The translations under genes and the position numbers were made by a program. The notes below the pieces were generated by a model that worked only from the letters and a program-made list of their open reading frames with translations, had not been told where the DNA came from and did no database searches. DNA of 64,000 nucleotides. Origin: Actinomycetes bacterium. Lineage in GTDB: Bacteria > Actinomycetota > Acidimicrobiia > Acidimicrobiales > CADCSY01. The stretch spans positions 2,896 through 66,895 of the forward strand of contig JANNOZ010000016.1 in NCBI GenBank assembly GCA_031399525.1. Direction: 5' to 3'. Below are positions 28,588 to 37,809 of this stretch, in pieces; position 1 is the first letter of the stretch, and every line of letters begins with the position of its first letter.

Positions 28588-29379
28588 TCAGTGCAGGGAG
28601 CGGAACGAACCGGCGAGCAGGGGCACCACGGTCAGCAGCGCGAAGGCGGGGAGGATGCAGCACACCAGGGGGAAGAGGAGCTTGACCGGCACCCGGCGGG
28701 CGTCGGCCTCGGCTCGACGACGGCGGTCGGACCTCACCTCGTCGGCCAGGCGCCCCAAGCGGTCGAGCACGGGGGCGCCGTAGCGCTCGCTGGCCGCCAA
28801 CGCGGCGACCAGGGGACGGACCGGCTCTCCCAGGGTGGGGACCAGGCCGGCCAGGGCATCGGCCAAGGGCCGGCCCACGTCGACCTCAGCGGCGACGTCG
28901 AGCAGGGCGGCGGCGATGGGCTCAGGAGCCCGTCGCCCCACCGCAGGCACGGCCAGCGCCACGGTGAGCCCGGCCGAGGCGCACAGCACGAAGAGGTCGA
29001 CCACCTCGGGGAGGACTCGGACCACATCGTCGGCCGATCGTCGGGCCTGGCGTCCCCGACGCCAGCCGGGCACGGCCCAGGCCACCGCCGCGACTGCGGG
29101 TCCGGCGAGCAGGTGGACCGGGATGGCGACGAGGCCGGCGACCACGGCCAGGCCGGCACGTCGGCGATCGCTGGCCGGTCGACCGACGAGCGCACATGCC
29201 ACCCCGCCGAGTCGGTCGACGACAGCCAGGGTCACGACGACGGGTGCGGTTGTTCGTGGGCGATCGGTGGGCCGGGCGACGAGCTGGAGGATGCGGTCGG
29301 GCCGGGGCCGCCAAGCCCAGGCCGCGGCGCCCAGGAGCACAGCCCAACCGCCGGTGACGGCCACCGCCAGCGCACTCAC
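28588..29379 (-). CDS. tadC: type II secretion system F-family membrane protein (TadC-like)
   Basis: The GTG at 29379 overlaps the tadB stop (GTGA). A T2SSF-like region (LPEVVDLFVLCASAGLTVALAV…ASERYGAPV…) lies between terminal TM segments. Confidence 0.7.
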   Translation of the reverse strand: MSALAVAVTGGWAVLLGAAAWAWRPRPDRILQLVARPTDRPRTTAPVVVTLAVVDRLGGVACALVGRPASDRRRAGLAVVAGLVAIPVHLLAGPAVAAVAWAVPGWRRGRQARRSADDVVRVLPEVVDLFVLCASAGLTVALAVPAVGRRAPEPIAAALLDVAAEVDVGRPLADALAGLVPTLGEPVRPLVAALAASERYGAPVLDRLGRLADEVRSDRRRRAEADARRVPVKLLFPLVCCILPAFALLTVVPLLAGSFRSLH

Positions 29380-30275
29380 ATCTCGACCCGAGCTATTCGC
29401 TGCATCCACCAGGCCCCGATGCCATCGAGGCCGAGGCCCACCACCAGGCAGGCCCACCCGGCCGACGTGGTCAACAGGAACGAGGCCGTTCGGTCGTCGG
29501 TCGCCAGCGCGAAGCCGGCGAAGGCGAGCGGCGACACGCCAACGACCAGACCCGACAGCCGGGCCTGGGAGCCGAGCGCCCGCACCTCATCGACCACGGC
29601 CAGGCGAGCTCGGATGGTCTCGGCCACGCCGTCGATGGCTCGGGCCTGGGCGCCACCCGCCTCGGCGGCCAGGGCCAGGGCGGCGACGGCCAGGCGGACT
29701 TCGGGCCCCGGTCGTCGCCGAGCCCACGCGTCGAGGGCATCGACCAGGCCCTGCCCGGCCGCGGTGGCCAGAGCCACTCCGTCTAGGTCGGCGGCCACCC
29801 GGGCCGGGCCGCCGCGGGCGGCTTCGCCGATCGCCGTCGGCAAGGCCGCACCCGAGCGCAGGCCCCGGGCGATGGCCTCGAGGGCTTCCGGCAGGCCCCG
29901 CACGTAGGCCGCATCCCGCCTCCCCGATTGCGACAGCACCACCCCGGCCGGCGCCAGGCCGGCGACCGCTACCAGCACCACGGCCAAACCCAGTCCTCCG
30001 GCCGACCACCCCAGTGCGGCGGCCAACCCGATCGCCACCAGCCAGCTCCGCCACAACACCTCGGGCGAGGCCGGGAGCTCGGCTGCCTCGACCCGGCGAA
30101 CGAACCACCTCGGTGAGTTCCCGTCGGTCGCTGCGGCGGCGGTCGCTGCGGTGGAGGTCGCCCCGGCCGGCAGCCGGCGCACCAGTCGGGACGCCCGAGT
30201 TGCGCCCTGGGCCCGGTCAACCACGGTCGCCCACAACCCGGCTAGGACGGCGACGAGTAGGGCCGATCGGATCAT
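29376..30275 (-). CDS. tadB: type II secretion system F-family membrane protein (TadB-like)
   Basis: The ATG at 30275 overlaps the cpaF stop (ATGA). MIRSALLVAVLAGLWATVV…LPEALEAIARGLRSGAALPTAIGEAA… is flanked by TM segments at both ends. Confidence 0.7.
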   Translation of the reverse strand: MIRSALLVAVLAGLWATVVDRAQGATRASRLVRRLPAGATSTAATAAAATDGNSPRWFVRRVEAAELPASPEVLWRSWLVAIGLAAALGWSAGGLGLAVVLVAVAGLAPAGVVLSQSGRRDAAYVRGLPEALEAIARGLRSGAALPTAIGEAARGGPARVAADLDGVALATAAGQGLVDALDAWARRRPGPEVRLAVAALALAAEAGGAQARAIDGVAETIRARLAVVDEVRALGSQARLSGLVVGVSPLAFAGFALATDDRTASFLLTTSAGWACLVVGLGLDGIGAWWMQRIARVEM

Positions 30276-31450
30276 CCCGCCACCACCCAGGCCGGGTCGG
30301 CCCGAGGCGCGCCCAAGCGCCGAGGCCCACGCCGGGGCACGCGGATCAGCCCGTCGAGCCCAGCCAGCGTGTGCACCGTGAGGGCACCGGGGGCATCGCC
30401 AGGGGTACCCACCTCGGCCACCTCCACCACTTGGCGACGTCCGTCGGCCAGCCGGGCCACCTGGATCACCAGGTCGATCGCCGCGGCGATGTGCTCGCGC
30501 ACCACGTCGATGGGTAGGGCCGTCGAGCCCATCGACACCATCACCTCCCGGCGACGCAGGGCGTCGACCGGCGAGTTGGCGTGGCAGGTCGACAGCGAGC
30601 CCTCGTGGCCCGTGTTCATGGCCTGGAGCATGTCGAGGGCCTCGGCTCCTCGGACCTCGCCCACCACCAGCCGGTCGGGCCTCATGCGCAGCGCGTTTCG
30701 GACCAGGGCCCGGACCGAGACCTCGCCCACGCCCTCGGCGTTGGCCGGCCGGGCTTCGAGGCGCACCACGTGGGCGGCACCGAGCCGTAGCTCGGCCGCG
30801 TCTTCGACGGTGACGATCCGCTCTCCGGTCGGGATCGACCGGGCCAGCGTGTTGAGCAAGGTGGTCTTGCCCGCCCCGGTGCCGCCCGAGACGAGCACGT
30901 TGAGCCGCCCGTCGATGGCCCAGGCCAGCAGCTCGGCCACCCCTTTCGGGCACACGTCAGCCAGCTCGATGAGGCGGGTCCCGAAGCGCCGGATGGTGAG
31001 GCACGGCCCGTCGACGGCCAGAGGCGGCACCACCGCGTTGACCCGTGATCCGTCAGCCAGACGGGCGTCGACCAGGGGCGAGGTGCGGTCGGCCCGCAGA
31101 CCGAGAGGCCCGACGATGCGCTCGACGAGGAGGGCCACCTGGGTCGGCCTCAGATCGAGTGCGGTGCGCTCCAGTCGGCCGTGGCGCTCGATCCAGACGT
31201 CGCCGGTGCCATTGACCATGACCTCGCTCACCGCCGGGTCGGCCAGCAGGGCGTCGAGCGGGCCCAAGCCTCGCACCTGGGCGGTGACGTCCTCGATCAG
31301 CCGGGCCACCGTGGCGTCGTCGAGCAAGGGCGACTCGTCTCGGGCCAGGCGGGCCACAGTTGGGCCGAGGTCGCCGTCGACCAGCGCGGCGGCCGATGCC
31401 TCGGCCAAGAGGCGGGCGTGGACCCGCTGGCCCAACCCCTCAGGCGGCAT
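30272..31450 (-). CDS. cpaF: CpaF/TadA-family secretion ATPase
   Basis: ATG at 31450 (MPPEGLGQRV). Walker A VSGGTGAGKTTLLN, plus RMRPDRLVVGEVRG and MNTGHEGSLSTCHANS. Confidence 0.9.
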   Translation of the reverse strand: MPPEGLGQRVHARLLAEASAAALVDGDLGPTVARLARDESPLLDDATVARLIEDVTAQVRGLGPLDALLADPAVSEVMVNGTGDVWIERHGRLERTALDLRPTQVALLVERIVGPLGLRADRTSPLVDARLADGSRVNAVVPPLAVDGPCLTIRRFGTRLIELADVCPKGVAELLAWAIDGRLNVLVSGGTGAGKTTLLNTLARSIPTGERIVTVEDAAELRLGAAHVVRLEARPANAEGVGEVSVRALVRNALRMRPDRLVVGEVRGAEALDMLQAMNTGHEGSLSTCHANSPVDALRRREVMVSMGSTALPIDVVREHIAAAIDLVIQVARLADGRRQVVEVAEVGTPGDAPGALTVHTLAGLDGLIRVPRRGPRRLGAPRADPAWVVAG

Positions 31451-32096
31451 GACGCAGGGCTCGGCCGAGGCCTTTGGGTAGGCGGGAGGCCAGGATCCCG
31501 GCGTCGACTGCTCGGGCCACGGCCGGGTCGACCCGCACCACGGCTCGCACCGGCACACCCAGCACGTCTTCGACGTCTCCGGCCCGCAACGAGCGCCCCG
31601 GCTCGTCGACCAGCACCACGCCAGTCGGGCGGATCGCCGTGGTCACCGCCCGCCGCAACGCCAGGTAGCACGGGCGCAGCACCAGCAGCGACACGCTCGC
31701 CGAACCAGCCACGGCCAGGCCCACGCCGGTGGGGCCAACCCCGCAGTCGGCCACGGCCGGACGACCGTCGGAACCGAGCAGAGCACCCAAGAGCTCGGCC
31801 CGGCGGTTCGCACCGACTGGCAGCGGGTCATGACCCAGCGGCAGCACCCTCAGCCCGGCGGGCCCCTCTACCTCGAGTCGGCCGAGGGCGTCGGTGGGTA
31901 CGTCCTCGCCGGCGGCCAGCCACTCGGCCAGGCCGGGTCCGGGTGGTTCGGCCAGCCCGAGCACGGCAGGCACGTCGCCGGCCAAGTCGGCGATCACCGC
32001 CCCTCGGGCCGCATGGCGAGCGAGGAGACAGGCGACGGAGACGGCCACGACCGTGGTCCCGCTGCCGCCTTTGACCGACCAACAAGCCACCAACAT
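31440..32096 (-). CDS. ParA/MinD-like ATPase-fold protein (CpaE/TadZ or Ssd-like)
   Basis: The ATG at 32096 gives MLVACWSVKGGSGTTVVAVSVA, a deviant Walker A. Its position directly upstream of cpaF matches the mycobacterial Rv3660c context as I recall it. Confidence 0.65.
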   Translation of the reverse strand: MLVACWSVKGGSGTTVVAVSVACLLARHAARGAVIADLAGDVPAVLGLAEPPGPGLAEWLAAGEDVPTDALGRLEVEGPAGLRVLPLGHDPLPVGANRRAELLGALLGSDGRPAVADCGVGPTGVGLAVAGSASVSLLVLRPCYLALRRAVTTAIRPTGVVLVDEPGRSLRAGDVEDVLGVPVRAVVRVDPAVARAVDAGILASRLPKGLGRALRHAA

Positions 32097-32208
32097 TGAC
32101 CACTCCCTGGGCGCGACGAAACAGAGCCGGGGGAGCGGAGGGCGCACGGTAGCCATGGCGGAAGGGCCGCCGCAAGGGTCGCCGGGTGGCCTCCTAGCCT
32201 GACCGGCG

Positions 32209-33051
32209 GTGGACGCGGCCTTCTTCGACCTCGACAAGACGGTGATCGCCCGGGCCTCGTTGGTCGCGTTCGGCCCCACCCTCTACCGGGCCGGGTTGCT
32301 CAGCCGGTGGCCGCTCATCCGATCGCTCTACGACCAGGTCGTCTTCCGCTACCTCGGCGCCGACGAAGCCCGCCTCGAACGGGTTCGCAACGCCGCGCTG
32401 GTCCTGACCAAGGGATGGAACCACGACGAGGTCGAGTCGATCGTCATAGAAGCGCTCGAGTCCGTCATCGAACCGATCGTCTATGACGAAGCCCTCGAGT
32501 TGATTCGCCAGCACCGGGCCGACGGCCATCTGGTGGTCATCGTGTCGGCCTCCCCCGAGGAGATCGTCGTGCCCCTCGCTCGCTACCTGGGCGCCGATGC
32601 CGCCATCGGTAGCCGGGCTCAGCTCGACGAGCTCGGTCGATACAACGGCGAGGTCGAGCGCTACGCCTACGGCCCGGCCAAGGTCGACGCCATCGAGGAG
32701 CTGGCCGCCGAGCGGGGCATCTCGCTGGCCACTAGCTGGGCCTACTCCGACTCGGCCACCGACTTGCCCATGCTCTCGGCGGTGGGCCACCCGGTGGCGG
32801 TGAACCCCGACCGGGCGCTGGCTCGGGTGGCCAGGGAACGGGGGTGGGAGATCAGACGGTTCGTGCACCCAGTGAGGCTGCGGGACCGGGTGCCCATGCC
32901 CGGCCCGGCTACCACGGCCACGGCCGGCGGCGGACTCGGCTTGGTCGTGGTGGCCGGGGTGACCTGGTGGTGGTGGTCGAGGCGCCGTCCGGCGCCGAGC
33001 CGACTCAGACCTGCTGGAGCCGGCGGGCGACGGCCACGCCGAGGACGATGA
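32209..33051 (+). CDS. HAD-IB family hydrolase with C-terminal TM segment
   Basis: GTG start. FFDLDKTV (DxDxT motif I), VIVSASPEE (motif II) and YSDSATDLPML (motif IV). The tail is a TM helix LGLVVVAGVTWWWW. Confidence 0.8.
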   Translation: MDAAFFDLDKTVIARASLVAFGPTLYRAGLLSRWPLIRSLYDQVVFRYLGADEARLERVRNAALVLTKGWNHDEVESIVIEALESVIEPIVYDEALELIRQHRADGHLVVIVSASPEEIVVPLARYLGADAAIGSRAQLDELGRYNGEVERYAYGPAKVDAIEELAAERGISLATSWAYSDSATDLPMLSAVGHPVAVNPDRALARVARERGWEIRRFVHPVRLRDRVPMPGPATTATAGGGLGLVVVAGVTWWWWSRRRPAPSRLRPAGAGGRRPRRGR

Positions 33052-33121
33052 GGACGACGAGAACGAGGAGCTTCTTCATGGTCGGCACGCTACCCGGGTC
33101 GACCCTCGGTAAGGTCCGACC

Positions 33122-33694
33122 GTGGACGACGAGCAGCTCCTCGCCAACCTCACGACGACGTTCGACGGGGCGGCGGCGGTCATTTCGCGCATCCAACCCG
33201 ACGAGCTCTGGGACCCCACGCCTTGCGAAGGCTGGGACGTGGCTCGGCTGCTGGCTCATCTGGTCGGGGTGCAACGGCGGTGGACCATGGCCGCGGCGAC
33301 CGGGGTCGGAGGCGCCCGAGGATGGGGCGACGAGCTGGGCGACGACCCCCATGCCACCTACGTCGCCGTCTCGGCCGAGGCGCTAGCTGCCTGGCAAGCC
33401 CCCGGGGCCCTCGACCAAGAACTGACCATGCCGTTCGGGACCATTCCGGCTCGAGTCGGCGCCGGGATCCTGTTCGTCGAGATCCTGGTCCACACCTGGG
33501 ATCTGGCGGCAGCCACCGCGCAGGACGACGCCATCGACCCGAGGTTGGCCGCCGACGCCCTCGAGTGTGCCCAGGGGTTCGTGACCGACGAAGCCCGAGC
33601 CGCCGGCGCCTACGGCCCGCCGCTGGCGGTGGCCGACGACGCGCCGGTCGACGCCCAGCTGCTGGCCTTCCTGGGCCGCCAGCCCATCGCCTGA
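33122..33694 (+). CDS. TIGR03086 / DinB-like (mycothiol maleylpyruvate isomerase N-terminal domain) family protein
   Basis: 190-aa ORF from a GTG. WDPTPCEGWDVARLLAHLVG and EILVHTWDLAAA are typical of this family. Confidence 0.7.
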   Translation: MDDEQLLANLTTTFDGAAAVISRIQPDELWDPTPCEGWDVARLLAHLVGVQRRWTMAAATGVGGARGWGDELGDDPHATYVAVSAEALAAWQAPGALDQELTMPFGTIPARVGAGILFVEILVHTWDLAAATAQDDAIDPRLAADALECAQGFVTDEARAAGAYGPPLAVADDAPVDAQLLAFLGRQPIA

Positions 33695-33713
33695 GATCAG
33701 CCAAACCGGCGGG

Positions 33714-33770
33714 ACGATCACACGCTCGCCCGACGGGCGACGATCACACGCTCGCCCGACGGGCGACGAT
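33714..33770. repeat. 26-bp tandem direct repeat (2 full copies plus 5 nt) spanning the methyltransferase stop codon
   Basis: ACGATCACACGCTCGCCCGACGGGCG occurs at 33714-33739 and again at 33740-33765, followed by ACGAT. Each unit contains the small hairpin TCGCCC-gac-GGGCGA. Confidence 0.85.
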
Positions 33771-34511
33771 GTTCAGCCGGACGTAGTCGAGGCTGCGGCT
33801 GGGGAGGTGGGCGGCCACCTCAGCCACGAACGCATCGTGGCCCTCGGGCGGGAGTCGTTCGAGGTGGGCCCCGAGGACGACCGTGGCCAGGAACTCCCGG
33901 AACTCGGCGTCGGTGGCAAACGGGGTGGGCTCGTCGTGCAGCCACACCTGGGCGTCGGTGAAACCAACGGCGGCGAGGCGGCGCTCGGTCTCCTCGACCC
34001 CGGCGTAGGTCCACGGGCCGGTCCATCCGTCGCCTACCTGGGCCAGCGCGTCGGTGACCGAGGCGATGTTCCCGGCACCGCCACACTGCACCACCAGCTG
34101 TCCCCCCGGGCTCAGCACGGCGGCCAGATGGGCGAAGAGGGCGTCGTGGTCAGCGATCCAGTGGAAGGTGGCGGTGGAGAACACCGCGTCGATCGGGCCG
34201 ATGACCTCGACCGGCAGCGGAGCGGCCAGGTCAGCGTGCACGTAGCGGACCCGATTGCCATATGGGGCCAGGCGGGTACGGGCCTGGCCGAGCATGGCGG
34301 CCGAGCCGTCGAGGGCGACCACGGTGGCATCGGGCAACCGAGCGAGGAGCTGCTCGGTGACCCGACCCGACCCACAGCCGGCGTCGAGCACGGCACCGAC
34401 GCCGTCGGGATCGAGCCGGTCGAGCACGACCGACCCCCACGTGGCCTGCGGGTTGGCAACGCGGTCGTAGCTGGAGGCGTCCCACTCGCGCGAGCCCCCG
34501 CTCTCGCTCAC
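33744..34511 (-). CDS. class I SAM-dependent methyltransferase
   Basis: 255-aa ORF with motif I VLDAGCGSGRVTEQL. Its GTG start overlaps the stop of the upstream orphan (GTGA). Confidence 0.8.
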   Translation of the reverse strand: MSESGGSREWDASSYDRVANPQATWGSVVLDRLDPDGVGAVLDAGCGSGRVTEQLLARLPDATVVALDGSAAMLGQARTRLAPYGNRVRYVHADLAAPLPVEVIGPIDAVFSTATFHWIADHDALFAHLAAVLSPGGQLVVQCGGAGNIASVTDALAQVGDGWTGPWTYAGVEETERRLAAVGFTDAQVWLHDEPTPFATDAEFREFLATVVLGAHLERLPPEGHDAFVAEVAAHLPSRSLDYVRLNIVARRASV

Positions 34512-34915
34512 GCCAGATCCGCCCGCAGGTGGGTCAGGACCCGAACGAGGGCCCCATCGGTCACCGGCGAGCTGTGCGCCAGATCACGATCGATGGCGGC
34601 CACCCAGGCGGGCAGCGTAACGGCGTAGCAATCGATGGGCCCCTCCGCCGACTCGACGATCTCTCGCAACGGATCGTCATCGTCGGGCTCGAAGGACGGG
34701 AGCTCGATGGTGGGCACCACCGGGATGAGGGGGGCCAGGGCCTGGGCGTGGAGGGCGAAGCGGCGGGCATCGGTGGCCACTCGCACCTTGGTCGGGGCAT
34801 CGGCGATGGCTGTCACCCACCCGCCCATGCGCTGGTAGAGGCGCCGAGCCACCCAGTGGTGGCGGCCCACCACGACGCCGTGTTGGAGGAGGGTGCGGGG
34901 ACGGTTCGTGGTCAT
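34508..34915 (-). CDS. hypothetical protein (135 aa)
   Basis: The ATG at 34915 overlaps the nadE stop (ATGA), and its own stop overlaps the methyltransferase start. MTTNRPRTLLQHGVVVGRHHWVARRLYQRMGGW… contains no motif I recognise. Confidence 0.55.
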   Translation of the reverse strand: MTTNRPRTLLQHGVVVGRHHWVARRLYQRMGGWVTAIADAPTKVRVATDARRFALHAQALAPLIPVVPTIELPSFEPDDDDPLREIVESAEGPIDCYAVTLPAWVAAIDRDLAHSSPVTDGALVRVLTHLRADLA

Positions 34916-36615
34916 CGGTCGTACCGGTTGGTGATGGGCAGGCGCCGGTCGCGCCCGAAGGCCTTGGGGGTCACCCGCACCCCGGGCGGGGTCTGGCGTC
35001 GCTTGTACTCGGCCACATCGACCAGCCGGGTGATGCGAGCCACCAGGTCGGGGTCGAACCCGTCCTCGTCGATCATCTCGGCTCGGGTCCGGTCGCCCTC
35101 GACGTAGGCCTCGATGATGGGGTCGAGCACCTCGTAGGGCGGCAGCGACTGGTCGTCGCGCTGGTCTGGGCGCAGTTCGGCCGAGGGGGCCTTGGTCAAC
35201 ACGTCGGCGGGGATGACCTCGCGTCCGGCCCGCTCGTTGACCCGATGGGACAGTTCGTAGACGGTGAGCTTGGGCAGGTCCTTGATGACGGCGAAGCCAC
35301 CGGCCGAGTCGCCGTAGAGGGTGAAGTAGCCGACGGCCAGCTCGCTCTTGTTGCCGGTGGTGAGGACCATCCACCCGAACTCGTTGGACAAGGCCATGAG
35401 GGTCAGGCCCCGAACCCGGCTCTGGATGTTCTCCTCGGTCAGGTTGGGGGCCCGCTCGCCGATGCTGGGGGCGAGCATCGACCCGAAGGCGTTCACTGCG
35501 GCCTCGATAGAGATGGTCCGGTAGTCGATGCCGAGTGCATCGGCCAGGGCGGCGGCGTCGTTTCGGGAACCAGCGCTCGAGTAGCGAGAGGGCATCGACA
35601 CGCCATGCACGTGGTCGGGGCCCAGGGCGTCGGTCGCGATGGCGGCGACCAGCGACGAGTCGATGCCACCGGAGAGGCCGATGACCACATCGGCGAACCC
35701 GTTCTTGTGGACGTAGTCGCGGGTGCCGAGCACCAGGGCCTCGTACACCTCGTCTCGGGGGTCGAGCAGGGGCGCGACGCTCGGGGGCAGAGGTTCGAGG
35801 GCAGCGCTGGTGGGCTCGGACGGGGCGGGCGTCACCCGGATCACCGGAAGGGTCGTGGCGGCGTCGGCTCGGGTCGGCACGTCGACGTCGACCACCAGCG
35901 CCTCAGGCCGGAACTGGGCGGCCCGGGCGACGACCTCGCCTCGAGCGTCGAGGATCAGCGACCCGCCGTCGAAGACCAGTTCGTCCTGGCCGCCCACCTG
36001 GTTGACGTAGAGCAGGGGGACGCCGGCGGCCCGAGTCCGCTCGGCCAGCATGGCGGCCCGCTCGCCCAGGCGTCCGCCATAGAAGGGCGAGGCGTTGAGG
36101 GTGACGATCAGCTCGGCGCCGGCTGAGGCCTGGGCGGCTACGGGTCCGTCGACCAGCCACACGTCCTCGCAGATGGCCACGCCCACCCGTGCCCCGGCCA
36201 CGACGTAGAGCGGCTGGTCCGGCGGGCCCGGCTCGAACCAGCGCTCCTCGTCGAACACGGCGTAGTTGGGCAGGAGCTGCTTGCGGTAGATGCCGTGGAC
36301 CTGGCCGTGGGCGCAGATGGCGGCGGCGTCGTAGCGGCGGCCCTGCTGGTCGACATCGACGAAGCCGACGACCGTGGCGCAGGCCGTGGTGGCCGACGCC
36401 ACTCGGTCGAGGGCCCGGCGGTTGTCGGCGACAAAGCCGGGTTTGAGCACGAGGTCTTCGGGCGGATAGCCAGTGATGGCCAACTCACCGAACACCGCCA
36501 GCTCGGCGCCAGCTGCTTCGGCCTCCGCCAGCTCTCCCAGGAGGATGGCCACGTTGCCGTCGAGGTCGCCCACCACCGGGTCGAGTTGACCCAGGAAGAC
36601 CCGAAGCCGGCGCAC
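34912..36615 (-). CDS. nadE: glutamine-dependent NAD+ synthetase
   Basis: 567-aa ORF. The N-terminal CN-hydrolase domain reads FGELAITGYPPEDL, and the C-terminal PP-loop is GLSGGIDSSLVAA. Confidence 0.92.
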   Translation of the reverse strand: MRRLRVFLGQLDPVVGDLDGNVAILLGELAEAEAAGAELAVFGELAITGYPPEDLVLKPGFVADNRRALDRVASATTACATVVGFVDVDQQGRRYDAAAICAHGQVHGIYRKQLLPNYAVFDEERWFEPGPPDQPLYVVAGARVGVAICEDVWLVDGPVAAQASAGAELIVTLNASPFYGGRLGERAAMLAERTRAAGVPLLYVNQVGGQDELVFDGGSLILDARGEVVARAAQFRPEALVVDVDVPTRADAATTLPVIRVTPAPSEPTSAALEPLPPSVAPLLDPRDEVYEALVLGTRDYVHKNGFADVVIGLSGGIDSSLVAAIATDALGPDHVHGVSMPSRYSSAGSRNDAAALADALGIDYRTISIEAAVNAFGSMLAPSIGERAPNLTEENIQSRVRGLTLMALSNEFGWMVLTTGNKSELAVGYFTLYGDSAGGFAVIKDLPKLTVYELSHRVNERAGREVIPADVLTKAPSAELRPDQRDDQSLPPYEVLDPIIEAYVEGDRTRAEMIDEDGFDPDLVARITRLVDVAEYKRRQTPPGVRVTPKAFGRDRRLPITNRYDR

Positions 36616-36668
36616 CCAGGAAGGTTACGAGGTGGCCAGGACACCCGACCGGAGCAGGGCGGGCCTGG

Positions 36669-36983
36669 TCACCAACCCAAGAAGCTCAGGGCATAGAGCA
36701 CGGTGACGCTCACCCAGAGGCACAGCGTCCGGGTAACGATTGGCCACACCTCGACTCGGTTCGTTGGAGCAACCGTCACAGCCCGGCTACTCAAGGCAAA
36801 GATCGCCACCATCGAGATGAGGAGGCCCAACACGATGCCCCCCAAGACTGGATGATCCGGGGCCAGATACAGGAAGCGTTCCACGGTCAACGCAACGACA
36901 ACCGCAACCTGCAGAGCCACGTACATGAGCAGAACGATGAGACACCACCGCCAGGCCGTACGCAGGAACTCCGGCCTAGGCAT
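36669..36983 (-). CDS. hypothetical membrane protein (low-G+C island)
   Basis: The ATG at 36983 gives a 104-aa product with three hydrophobic segments (WRWCLIVLLMYVALQVAVVVALTV, VLGGIVLGLLISMVAIFAL, LCLWVSVTVLYALSFLGW). The track ORF extends to a GTG at 37136, overlapping the upstream gene. Many codons end in A/T, unlike the flanking genes. Confidence 0.45.
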   Translation of the reverse strand: MPRPEFLRTAWRWCLIVLLMYVALQVAVVVALTVERFLYLAPDHPVLGGIVLGLLISMVAIFALSSRAVTVAPTNRVEVWPIVTRTLCLWVSVTVLYALSFLGW

Positions 36984-37077
36984 GGCTCGGCGAACACTAC
37001 GACGTAGCCATTTAGGCCACAAGCATTGTCTATTGAGGAAAGCCCACCTGGCGGCGACCTGCCCGAGGGCAGCCTTC

Positions 37078-37485
37078 CTATCCCAACCTGTTACCGGGTC
37101 GTGCAACAGTCCCACGCTCGAGAAGGCTCGCCGCACCGACTGCCACGGGGCCGACCAACCAACCCGTGAATCCGGGAGTGAGACTCGCGGTCGAGTGCCA
37201 ATCGCTCGCCAACGACCACCATTGCCACGTCAGGACAGACGCGACGACGACTCCAATCGCTGCGACGAACATCGGCGTTCTGATTGCGAGCGCGTACACG
37301 ACTAAGGTTGGCGCCGCCCAAAACGTAACTTGCGCAAGGGCTGCGGGAAACGAGTCAACCCCCAGCGAAGCCTCGGGTATCTGACGAATCCAAAGGACGA
37401 GGCTTGCAATCAGGACAGTTAGAGCACATATCACCGCCTTGACGGAGAAGATCCCAGCTCTTGCAGACGGGCGTGTTCGTTTCAC
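37078..37485 (-). CDS. hypothetical membrane protein (low-G+C island)
   Basis: GTG start. The 135-aa product has about four hydrophobic segments (AVICALTVLIASLVLWI, FWAAPTLVVYALAI, MFVAAIGVVVASVLTW, WLVGPVAVGAASLL). Third-position usage is atypical (aaa, aca, tct, aga, ata, cta, att). Confidence 0.45.
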   Translation of the reverse strand: MKRTRPSARAGIFSVKAVICALTVLIASLVLWIRQIPEASLGVDSFPAALAQVTFWAAPTLVVYALAIRTPMFVAAIGVVVASVLTWQWWSLASDWHSTASLTPGFTGWLVGPVAVGAASLLERGTVARPGNRLG

Positions 37486-37809
37486 ATCCCGCCATTCACT
37501 TTGTATGTCATACGCCTTTACCTTCTGTATGCCGCGGTCTACAGCACTGCGCCTTGCCCCAAGTGTTGATTACGACGACAAACCAGCCGGTGCACACCTT
37601 TTCTGAAACCCATGCAATGGTCGACTCATAGTCGCTCGCGTTCTTCTAAGCATGAGGAGTTGGCTTACTTGACGGGCACCATTCGCCAAGAGGCAAGGAA
37701 GCAAGCGCCGAGCTACAGACCGCTCGTCTGCACACAGCTCTCGGCTGGCATCGTCGGGCACTTCCGCCCTTTGCATTGGTCTGCTCGTCCGACTGCAGTC
37801 GGTCACCGT

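Noticed and set aside
33005-33079. 24-codon hydrophobic ORF (MKKLLVLVVLIVLGVAVARRLQQV) on the minus strand, overlapping the 3' end of the HAD hydrolase gene
   Set aside because: The peptide looks like an attractive membrane peptide. However, there is no ribosome-binding site upstream, it is antisense to a real gene tail, and it is too short to evaluate without conservation or Ribo-seq data.
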